This document shows, in pieces, positions 48,701-61,391 of a DNA stretch of 64,000 nucleotides. The stretch is from NCBI GenBank assembly GCA_020137815.1, contig CM035362.1:558001-622000 (forward strand), in the 5' to 3' direction. The notes under the pieces were generated by a model that was given only the letters and a program-made list of their open reading frames with translations, ran no database searches and had not been told where the DNA came from. A program made the position numbers and the translations under genes. The first letter of the stretch is position 1. Every line of letters starts with the position of its first letter. The DNA is from Hormiphora californensis (Eukaryota > Animalia > Ctenophora).

Positions 48701-50437
48701 AAGTAGGAACATCAGCAGGACTATATCACTCACCTTCTCGTCTGATAGGAGGCGTTGCTTAGCAATGGTCAGTAACACTGCTTCCCTTGACTCAGGGCAA
48801 CTTAACACCAGTTCATTGTGCATTAGACCAGATACTATGAATGCTACCGACATCTTGTCCAATTGAATCTACAGGGGAGTTTCACAAATCACGTACTGTA
48901 CGTGTGTTATAGTACGTGCACTGCACGTCGTGCAGTGAGAGACACACTTTATATTTTCATGGGTTCATGTAGAACAGTATATGTTGTCTGCTGCACCTTT
49001 TCTAGTTTCCAAATGCAACAATAACAACCCACTAACCAATTTGAATAACTCTTTGAAGTGAGATTTTCTCTCTTCCAAGTCCTGATGTAGCCAGGAAAAT
49101 AGTGCTATGGCAACCGCCTGCTCGTTTCGAAAGGGGTACTTCTGGTTATCAATTATCTCCGTTACTTGATCAAAGTTTAGCATTGAGAATTCTTCACACT
49201 TTGTAACGTCAGTAAAGTTCCGTGCTATGAAGTCTTCTGCTTTTGTCGCCAGCTCTTTACACTCCTGTGTGGGATATCGTCATGGAGATATAATATATAG
49301 CTGCTGTCATAGAAACAAAAACGGTTATGGGCAGTGGAAACTACAAGGTCATGTATTTTGGTTTGAAAAAAGCATCCTGATCTGTGATATAATTATATCG
49401 CCTAACAATTAGCTATACCTCAAGAAGAGCAAAGTATCTGATACCCACACAATTCTCTGGTGAGAAATGTCTTTGAAAATAATCTGAACACGCATCCTTG
49501 ACCGGTTGAAACTGCAAACTACTAGCTGCTGAAAAGAGATCTTTAACATTGTCTGCGCCAACTGCAATGTTTCCAGAGTAGGCAAAGTCCAGAAGATCCG
49601 TAAGGGTTGGTGTTGAGATACCCTGAAGGGGGAAGGGATCTAAGATCTCAGGATATCTCTGTCTAGCGGCGCCGAGCCAATCTCAGCGCACACAGAACAA
49701 AAATGTGGTCTGGTGGCGCCAGAACAACTCCTCTAGTTTTACTAACCGTTATAGTCACTGTAGCAAAGGGACTGTCAGCCTGTTTGTTCTCAAAAATACT
49801 CTTAAAGAACGGACTACTAGCTGCCAGAACGGCCTTTTGGGCGATCAACTCCTGTAAAATTAATTATAATTAGTTGGCTAATTAATTATTGATATTTGAT
49901 AGCTTATTGTTCCTGTCAATTAAAGAGGGATGCAGTTTACAAAAATTAAAGATTCTCAGCTCATCTCTGCAAGTACTGCAAGTACGACGTTATACCCACG
50001 GGTAGTACCCAACATCTGGGGTGAATTCTTGCAAGACTCATCAGAAATTACCGTGTCGTTGCATAGTAACTTGACATCACAAAACTTATTGGCCCCTCTT
50101 AGTTCATTCAGAATGGACAATATTTGAATAGCGTAGTCGTGGGTTACATACGATATGTGTTCTTCTGAGTCCAATTTCTGCGAAAAGAGGGGGAAGTGAG
50201 GGAATAATTCAGGCAGGGACGATATTGGAGAAAAACTAAGTATGAACTATGATAGGCCGGGTGTTTGGGGATGGAACTGTCTGCAAGCATGAGGCATCGC
50301 GCTGACTCTTTCTCACGCACTTCGAGTGAGAGGAACAAGGATAGTGGAGACTCACTCACGTGTATATCGGATTTATGTTCATCAGGAGATATGGGGATGG
50401 GAGATGGGGGATTCGACACCTCTAGTTGGATAGGCAT
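44932..50437 (-). CDS. Kelch-like protein (BTB-BACK-Kelch)
   Basis: BTB: [47 protein letters not shown]: [33 protein letters not shown]. Kelch repeats: [36 protein letters not shown]. It ends ...AGTACLLLD* (44934-44932). One exon is duplicated and one is garbled at about 45.8 kb. Confidence 0.9.
45498..45772. repeat. (TCTG)n microsatellite in a Kelch intron
   Basis: Long imperfect tetranucleotide tract. Confidence 0.9.
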
Positions 50438-51299
50438 GGTGGCCCCGATCTAAATAATTAGGTCCAACTTAGCCCACTTAAAATGTCAGGCTATAATAAC
50501 ACACATCGATGATAACAAAAATGGTTGGTAATGGCGTATAGAGAAATCAGAAAGCGTATCCAAGCGATAAATAAAGATTAAAGTGGTTAATTAATTTACT
50601 GTAGCAAGTCCAACCTGACTATGATCAGATACAACAACACGTGGGAAACGATGGCCGTTGTGTGGCTCACACCGCATTTTATTTCATAGAATGACGTCAC
50701 AGAGCTGCCTCTGTGATGGATCAAGTGGAACGTTATACAGCAGTGTATTATAGCAACCTATACTAGCACACTTGGACTCGTGTGTGTGTGTGTATTAGCA
50801 GCAATATGACATATCCAGTTACTGACGGGGGTGTCGGGTTTCAACTGTGCAGCTGCTGCTGCTGCTGTTAGCAGACGAAGGGAGGGTGGGAGGAGAGGGG
50901 GAGTGCAGCTACTGGGACAAAACTGTGCAGCTGCTGCTGCTGCTGTTAGCAGGAGGAGAGACGAGAAGGGTGGAGAGGGGAGGAGAGGAGAAAATGATCC
51001 CCCACGCGGGGAGGAATGAGAGGGGGTGCTGATACTAGCAGGAGAGGGAGGGGACATGGGAAATGGGGATTGGGAAAACAGGATTGGTATTTGGTAGCAA
51101 TAATGAATAGGATAGATAGACTGAGTGAGACTGAGTGAGTATAGTGCAGTGACGAAGCCTGGGTCAATAGTCAGGAAGATGGCGAGAGATAGATCAGAGA
51201 GCTGGGAGAGAAATGATAAGTCGACTGCATCCGAACGAACTAGTTTCAAAGAGCAAGATGAAGAAATAACAAAGAGAAGGAGCTCCAGCTTCTCCTAGG

Positions 51300-52510
<1,211 letters not shown>

Positions 52511-53058
52511 AAATAGACCCTTCAAATATCCAAAATAATTTACAAAAAATACAAAAACACCAGGGGGTTATTTTTGGATCAAACATCCCTTGTTCAACAA
52601 GTTGTTGAACAAGAACTACCTATAACACATTTGGGGGTCATGCAGGGGGGGCAGGACGCTCTAATTGAGTGTAGCTGCAGTTCAACTTACTTGTTAGCAA
52701 CATTGAAAGTGAGCTACTAGGAACGGGGTTTTCTACATTGAAATATTGATTCGCGAAATAACCCCATCGCGCCGGCAAGGGAGGGATAACTTCGTAACCA
52801 AGTTGTGTGATCACGATATCCCACTATAATAATAGGGAACTAAAGGTAACTCAGCTTTATTGAGTGTGTTTGATATTTTGGACTAGCTGTTCATCACGAA
52901 CAGATAATACAAAACACAGCAGATCTGGAGCACTGCAGCAAGAGACTATAATGGAGGACTATGGAGGCTGAAATATATCGTTTATGGGTCTATTATAAGG
53001 GTTTAGCTGCTGCAGCAGTAGTGTATAATTGTGCAGTGGTGCTATGTGGGTATAGAGG

Positions 53059-53240
<182 letters not shown>

Positions 53241-54245
53241 CGCAGCTCTGGAGCAACACCACTTGGACAAGGGATAGATCAGGGATAAATTATACCCATA
53301 AATATCATGTAGTATTATAGAATACCGAGTGCAGAGTGGTACAGCTGTGACTAGTCACTAGATTTTATCGAACCTCAAATTTAAGGGTCAAGCTTTTTTG
53401 AAAAATGTCAAAATAAAGCCAGCCCAAAGATGTAGCGCACTGGGCAGTATTGTTTTGTGTGGAACAACCCAAAGACTTGAAACACTGGCGAAGATATTAT
53501 AATAACGGTATATTATAGATCCTCTATACTTTTTGTTATAGTACATGGCTAATTATATGTCTCTGTGCAAGGAATGTACAACAACTATACCAGTACGCAC
53601 ACACAACACATATACAAAGCTGCAGAGAGAGAGAGACTCTCTATCTTTCTATCTCTCTCTCTCTCTCTCTCAGTTGTAGTAAAAGAAGTAGCTACATACA
53701 AATGCGTACTGTTGTGTATTGGACACACACTACACAGTGCACACTGGAGTAAACAGAGGGAGGTGGGACGATAGAGGGAGATACTATAATAATAGAACCA
53801 GGGAGAGGGAGAGATGGAGGGAGTAACTAACGGCCGAAATCTCGAGTTCGCTGAGAATGGCGGACTCTATGTCTAATTCAGATTTATGTAGATATAGAGT
53901 CCGCCCTTTGTAGACTTTTTAGATAAAGAGTCCGCCCTTTGTAGACTTTTTAGACATAGAGTCCTCCTAGACTTATTTGGACTCTTTATCTAAATCTAAA
54001 TCTAAATTTAGATATAGAGTCCACTGTAAAGTGTAGCACTAGAGTCCGCCTAGTAGAGACTAGTAGAGTCCTACCAGAGGGAGATACTATAATAGAGCCA
54101 GGGAGAGAGATGGAGGCCCCGGGGATAGACAGGAAGAGGAAGTAGTAGTAACTAGAGAGAGAAAGAAAGGGATCACATCACTTAGCATACTCTGAATAAA
54201 GAGATCTGAGCAAGAATTAAATAGGGAAGAAAATCGAAAAATACT

Positions 54246-54318
54246 GGGTTTCACCGGGAATTGAACCAGGGACCTCCAGAGAAACATGCTCGGAGCTATA
54301 CCACTAAGCTACCAAACC
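54246..54318 (-). pseudogene. tRNA-derived SINE head or tRNA pseudogene
   Basis: The - strand reads GGTTTGGTAGCTTAGTGGTATAGC...CCTGGTTCAATTCCCGGTGAAACCC, with A box TAGCTTAGTGG and B box GGTTCAATTCC. The acceptor, anticodon and T stems have mismatches, U33 is absent, and a T-run follows. Confidence 0.7.
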
Positions 54319-54518
54319 TCTGAAAATTACTTCCTGTATCACTTAAAGTTTGGTTTGGTTTGGTTTGGGCCGCTCATCTGGGACTGTAAACAGTATCACT
54401 TAGTATAGAGAGACAGAGAGAGACAGGCGCACTTCAAAACTAGGTGTCTCATGGCGGTATCAGGCGGCTATAGATTCACTATCTGTGCAACTTAGAGACG
54501 TACTACATTATTAATCTT

Positions 54519-54601
54519 ATATCTAAGGTCTCAGTGTTAAATAGCCAGCATCTATAATAATATTATAGATGCTGGCTATTTAACACTGAGACCTTAGATA
54601 T
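54519..54601. repeat. Perfect ~40-bp-arm palindrome
   Basis: ATATCTAAGGTCTCAGTGTTAAATAGCCAGCATCTATAAT...ATTATAGATGCTGGCTATTTAACACTGAGACCTTAGATAT. Confidence 0.9.
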
Positions 54602-55037
54602 CAGGGCTTAGTGATGGTACCCGCCCTCCCTGCCGATGGTCCGTCGACAGGGAGGGGGTGATTCGCATTAGACCCCTGTATTCCGCCCTCCCTGCCGAAT
54701 GACCTCCCTGCCGACCTGTCGGCAGGGGTCTAGAATTTTAGATTCGGCTTGCCGATGCGTTTAGGGATTCTAAAAAAGTTCAACGCACCATCCGAAGATT
54801 ATCTACCACCTCAGGTTCTATAACTATTCTTAATTATTCTTTATTATTATTCTTAATTATTCTTTATTACTCTTAATTGTGACGTCATTACCAGCCACCA
54901 TAGCAGCTGGTGATGACTGCAGTTACTGACCTCTGAGATATTGATACCAACTCATAGAGGACCACGAGAGAGGGAGTGGCCAAATGAAAGCAGGTGCAGG
55001 GCGAGTGGAGGGGTGGGGAGGAGGGATAGCCGTGCCC

Positions 55038-55573
<536 letters not shown>

Positions 55574-55596
55574 CAACGAAGTAAAACAACTACGTA

Positions 55597-55657
55597 TTTG
55601 GTACGCTACAATTGTTTCATCGAAACCCTTACGGGAAACGAATCATCAGGCGACAAA
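55597..55657 (-). ncRNA. Type I hammerhead ribozyme within a ~260-bp insert in a (TCTA)n tract
   Basis: The - strand reads TTTGTCGC-CTGATGA-T-TCG.TTT.CCC-GTAA-GGG.TTT.CGA-T-GAAA-CAATTG-TA^GCG-TAC-CAAA. Stem I is CGC/GCG plus TTTG/CAAA, stem III is the palindrome ACAATTGT, and the site is GUA. Stem II covaries with the copy at 8422. Confidence 0.7.
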
Positions 55658-55833
55658 TTAGAAATGAGAATGAATTGGAATATAACCCTTCTCCTTTATA
55701 AAACAAAATAAACAGAACTTGACTTGTTCTTTCTTCCTAATAGATTTAGCAGCTCCTACTTCCTCTAGTTTCTTCGTGTAGCTGTCTGGTTGATCCCCCT
55801 AGTGGCTTGGACATATATTTCCGTGGGCTGTTG

Positions 55834-55878
<45 letters not shown>

Positions 55879-57421
55879 CAGTGGCCCATAAATTATGAGG
55901 CCGGGGGACGAGCTGTACCTCCGAAACGGTGATAGTTGTGCAAAAACAAACTACGGGAACATGCTGGAACAATTCCTTGGTAACTTTTTGCAAATTTTGA
56001 GTTTTTTATTCAAAAGTTCATTTTTCATTCATGAACTATTTACACGTTCATTAATGAATTAAGGACTCTAATTTACCGAGAGTGAGCCATTTTGTTTGGG
56101 TTGAATTTATCTTTCCAATGAGCACCATGAAAATCAAATTGAAGCACCAGGTCACATGGCAGTTGAGAAAATGCACATGCATGATTTTGGCTCTTCCTGC
56201 GACTTTCAATCAGCTGTATCACGGCTACCTTTTGTTCAATCTTTTTAAAAATTTGGGTGAACGTTGAATAAGCAAAGATCTTTGCTCACAAGAAAAATCA
56301 AGGTCAAAACTGAAAGTTCATTTTTGAGTTTTGGTAGTTCATTCCACTCATTCAGGAACCAACATCCCTAAAGTGATGAAAAGTGATTGATTTTGTTTGG
56401 CCCATACCCTGCGATGATAGAGAGGTGTAAAAACACGTTTTCGGGCTAGTTAGTGGGTGTCCATGTGATCATGATGATATCTGACACCTCTTCTGAGCCA
56501 TAATCAAGGGATTTTCTCGAATTCAAGCATGTGATTTGGGTTATCTGTGATTGGTATCGTGCAGCAATGTTGAGAGATCTCATAGCACCTCAAAAATTAT
56601 GATTAGCTCAATGAAATGAGTTGATTTATGATAGAAGAGATTAAAACAGACGTCAAAATGAACTAAACTACCATTTTCGATCCAAAATCAGCCCATTTCA
56701 TTGAGCTAATCATAATTTTTGAGGTGCTATGAGATTTCTCAACATTGCTGCACGATACCAATCACAGATAACCCAAATCACATGCTTGAATTCGAGAAAA
56801 TCCCTTGATTATGGCTCAGAAGAGGTGTCAGATATCATCATGCTCACATGGACACCCACTAACTAGCCCGGAAACGTGTTTTTACACCTCTCTGTCATTG
56901 CAGGGTATGGACCAAACAAAACCAATCACTTTTCATCACTTTAGGGATGTTGGTTCCTGAATGAGTGGAATGAACTACCAAAACTCAAAAATGAACTTTC
57001 AGTTTTGACCTTGATTTTTCTTGTGAGCAAAGATCTTTGCTTATCCAATGTTCACCCAAATTTTTAAAAAGATTGAACAAAAGGTAGCCGTGATACAGCT
57101 GATTGAAAGTCGCAGGAAGAGCCAAAATCATGCATGTGCATTTTCTCAAGTGCCATGTGACCTGGTGCTTCAATTTGATTTTCATGGTGCTCATTGGAAA
57201 GATAAATTCAACCCAAACAAAATGGCTCACTCTCGGTAAATTAGAGTCATTAATTCATTAATGAACGTGTAAATAGTTCATGAATGAAAAATGAACTTTT
57301 GAATAAAAAACTCAAAATTTGCAAAAAGTTACCAAGGAATTGTTCCAGCATGTTCCCGTAGTTTGTTTTTGCACAACTATCACCGTTTCGGAGGTACAGC
57401 TCGTCCCCCGGCCTCATAATT
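55879..57421. mobile_element. 1.54-kb palindromic Tc1/mariner-like MITE
   Basis: TA|CAGTGGCCCATAAATTATGAGG... with ~730-bp inverted arms. The right terminal ~12 nt are missing at the microsatellite. Confidence 0.85.
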
Positions 57422-57815
57422 AGCTAGCTAGCGAAGCGAGCGAGCTAGTCTAGCGAGCGAGCGAGCGAGCGAGGAGCGAGCGAGCGAGCGAGCGAGCGAG
57501 CGAGCGAGCGAGCGAGCGAGCGAGCGAGCGAGCGAGCGAGCGAGCGAGCGAGCGAGCGAGCGAGCGAGCGAGCGAGCGAGCGAGCGAGCGAGCGAGAGCG
57601 AGCGAGCGAGCGAGCGAGCGAGCGAGCGAGCGAGCGAGCGAGCGAGCGAGCTAGCGACCGAGCGAGCGAGCGAGCGAGCGAGCGAGAGGAGCGAGCGAGC
57701 GAGCGAGCGAGCGAGCGAGCGAGCGAGCGAGCGAGCGAGCGAGCGAGCGAGCGATCGAGCGAGCTAGCGAGCGAGGCGATCTAGCTAGCGAGCAGCGAGC
57801 GAGCGAGCGAGCGAG

Positions 57816-57914
<99 letters not shown>

Positions 57915-59400
57915 CAACTCTAACCAGACCTTCTTCCCCAAGTTCAGTGGTAATGATATCGCATGTGTCGATCAGGTCAAGTTTTGGGTGTTTTAGTAGA
58001 TAGTAAACTTTCCTGGGACCCCCATATCACGCAAGTTATTAACAAGACCTATTGTACTCTAGGAAGTCTTAGGAGACTCTTAGGAGACTGATCAGGAATT
58101 GTCTTCCCAAATCCTTGAGGCGCTCTGTCTTTGAGTCGCTTATACAATCCAATATTAGATATGCATTATGTGTCTGGGGGTCGTCCAATAACAAACTTCT
58201 GCCATTATTCAAGCTCCAAAAGGATGCTGTCCGTATTCTATATAACATACCCAAACTTGCCAAGTATGCTAAGCCTCATACCAAGCCTACCTTTGCTTCC
58301 GAGTCACTGCTGACGGTTTACTCAGATCACTCTATGCTCTCTCTGTACTTTTTGAAATGTTTTATTACTACAGTATCTTAATTCACCCAGTAGTCCAACT
58401 TATATAATTGTCAAGTTCTCCACTAGAAATGAGTTTCTTGCTCTGGCTTCTTCTGGTACACGCATATACCTTGACAATAATTTCATGTTTACTGGGCCTC
58501 GGTTCTGGAACACGGCGCGTTAAAAGACAAAACTTATTTTAGTTCTACATCGCGATGCATCGTGTTTCTTCTCGCCCCACTCTTCAAATCAGCTGCCATT
58601 AAGTTGATCTCCCAGCTTCAGAACTCTGGTCCTGATATTGAATGGATCTGTTTAGGCAGCGGATTACGGGGGCCCGAAAGAATCGCCCCTACCAGATGCC
58701 CGTACGCGATCCCGGGCGTTTGGTTTGTGCATTGCATTTCACTACACTTTCACCACACAAAAGGCTCATGCGCGTCACATGCGTGACACGCTCGTCTGTT
58801 TTGTGTGGTGAAAGTGTAGTGAAATGCAATGCGCAAACCAAACGTCCGGGATCGCGTACGGGCATCTGGTAGGGGCGATTCTTTCGGGCCCCCGTAATCC
58901 CCTGTGTAAAACACATCTCTCCTGAGCAATTGATTACCCACTGCCCCCCCCCCCTTTTCCTTGTATCCTATAACCCAACCTGTCCCCGGCCCCACCGGCA
59001 CCATATCCTATAATCCAACTTATCCTATAATCCAACTTATCCTATAATCCGACATATTTATCATGAGCAGTTTATTCCCCCTCTCCTCTCACCTCTCCTC
59101 TTACCTCCACTAACTTCTCTTCTTTCCCATATGCGTTATATGGCACAATGGCCCGTCTAGCATGGAGCAACATATGTGGACTTCTTCTACAACCAGTCTA
59201 TACCTGTCCCCCAAGCTTGTGGCACTGAATAGGAACTCTCAGTTTAATTAACTCCCTAGAACTCTGACAGTGCCTCGCAAGGGACAGTTTGGAACTGATA
59301 TATGTGTGCGCTAGAGTATCTATGTTACATGTTTCCTACGCTGTTCATGTGTTAGCTGCGTGTGCATCCTTGATTTGACTTGATTTGATTTGATTTGATA
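57915..59400 (+). mobile_element. Decayed 5'-truncated CR1/L2-group LINE
   Basis: Frameshifted RT-thumb region (VKFLGVLVDSKLSWDPHI; FESLIQSNIRYALCVWGS; LFKLQKDAVRIL; HTKPTF; FTGPRFWN) with an 11-bp duplication at about 58068-58089. A putative (TTTGA)n tail lies at 59370-59400. Confidence 0.75.
58657..58904. mobile_element. 248-bp palindromic MITE inside the LINE 3' region
   Basis: CAG(C/G)GGATTACGGGGGCCCGAAAGAATCGCCCCTACCAGATGCC arms of about 105 bp. No clear TSD. Confidence 0.85.
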
Positions 59401-59693
59401 AGAGCGGTTGCCATGGGCCCTGTTGGGGACCCTACGCACAGGGCCAATCACTTAGTGATACCAGTACCGCTAATGATGGCCGTGAGGTATGAGGAGAGAG
59501 GATGGGGGATCCCATTAGTGGGGCCGACTGATAATGGGAAGGGTTAGGGGGTAGTTAACCCTGAAAGGGAGGGACGACTGCTGCGGGGAGTGGTGAGGGG
59601 GGAGTGCAGCAGTCATCCTGAATAGGGGATGCGATGCATCCAGATAAACCTCATTAAGTTGGGGTGAGGTTGTGAGTTTCATACTATGATTTA

Positions 59694-60630
59694 TGTGAGA
59701 GAGAACAGCCCCGATTTTGATGAAACTTGGTCAGAATAGTGTTTGGTGTCTAATTAGAAGTCAAAAAAATTTGTAGTGCTCAAATCCTAAATTTAGGATT
59801 TTTAGGTTTTTTAGGTTTTTCGGCTTTTATGGGTTTCAGGAACGTTCTAGAACAAAATGAATAAAACCATCTTTCTCGGCATTAAATTCTGCATCGATTA
59901 TAGTGGTTATGAACCTTTCTATGACGTAAGGTTCAGAAGTTATCGCGAAAAAGCCCAAACGGGTACATGTGTTAGGGGCGGGTTCATGTTTTAGGCTAAC
60001 CGGCGAACCTCTTGTCAGAACACCATGTTATAGGGTGTCAATCGACGCGTATTGATAAGGAGATCATTTTAGTGAAAATTATTTTGATCTGCGATGTCTG
60101 TGTAACGAATGAAACCTAAAAAACCTTACCACATGTTTTAACCAAACGGGTATGCTTCATTCAGTAAGGTTTTTTAGGTTTCATTCGTTACACAGACATC
60201 GCAGATCAAAATAATTTTCACTAAAATGATCTCCCAAAAATGTTTTCCCAAAAAAAATGATCTCCTTATCAATACGCGTCGATTGACACCCTATAACATG
60301 GTGTTCTGACAAGAGGTTCGCCGGTTAGCCTAAAACATGAACCCGCCCCTAACACATGTACCCGTTTGGGCTTTTTCGCGATAACTTCTGAACCTTACGT
60401 CATAGAAAGGTTTATAACCACTATAATCGATGCAGAATTTAACGCCGAGAAAGATAATTTTATTCAATTTGTTCTAGAACGTTCCTGAAACCCATAAAAG
60501 CCGAAAAACCTAAAAAACCTAAAAATCCTAAATTTAGGATTTGAGCACTAAAAATTTTTTTGACTTCTAATTAGACACCAAACACTATTCTGACAAAGTT
60601 TCATCAAAATCGGGGCTGTTCTCTCTCACA
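59694..60630. mobile_element. Second copy of the 25351-26276 palindromic MITE
   Basis: Near-identical arms. The termini read TA|TGTGAGAG...CTCTCACA|TA, and there is a small internal insertion at about 60235-60260. Confidence 0.9.
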
Positions 60631-60892
60631 TAGCAGGGCGATTTCTCAAGAAGAGCGGTTTCTCATATTAGAGCGGTTTCTCATATTAGAGCGGTTTCTC
60701 ATATAGAGCGGTTTGTCACGTAGACCAAGCAGGCAATTTAATGCTAGCGTGCGCATCCTTAATTTGTGTTCCACGTATCTATTTGTTTCAAATCAAATCA
60801 AATCTAATCTCTCCCCTCTTTTCTTTATGCATTTGAGAATGAAGCACAGAATGTATGCTATTGTGTGACGTTCACAATGCACAAGTAGGGAG

Positions 60893-61003
<111 letters not shown>

Positions 61004-61391
61004 TCTCTCCCTATCCAAAATCGTTGTTCAATCGGTTCACTAAGCTTTTCGTGTAGGTACAGCTCTTTGGCGGCGCCAGACCCCGATTTGACTCTCAAAG
61101 TGCAGTAGTGCGCTCAGATGGGTCCGCGGCGCCAGAGTGGGTTTTACAAAATACATTTATCTGAACGACCTAACATTAAATTTACTGCTTCCCTTCCTCA
61201 TATTGACACTGATATAGAATTTGTTCAGACTATCTCAGTAGTAGAATTATTTCAAGATATGGATTTAAAATCTCAAATCTTAGCGGTCCTGTGGTCGTTC
61301 AGTCGTTTGCCCGTTTGGCCTTTGGTTACAATTTTTGAAGTTGCTGGGTCTATATATGTGAGTTTCCTATAAAAACTAATTTCTCATCAGA

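Noticed and set aside
54246-54318. Functional tRNA-Thr(TGT)
   Set aside because: The acceptor, anticodon and T stems have mismatches and the anticodon loop is non-canonical (CATGTTT).
54519-54601. Pre-miRNA hairpin
   Set aside because: A perfect palindrome among TE fragments is better explained as a collapsed MITE, and there is no expression evidence.
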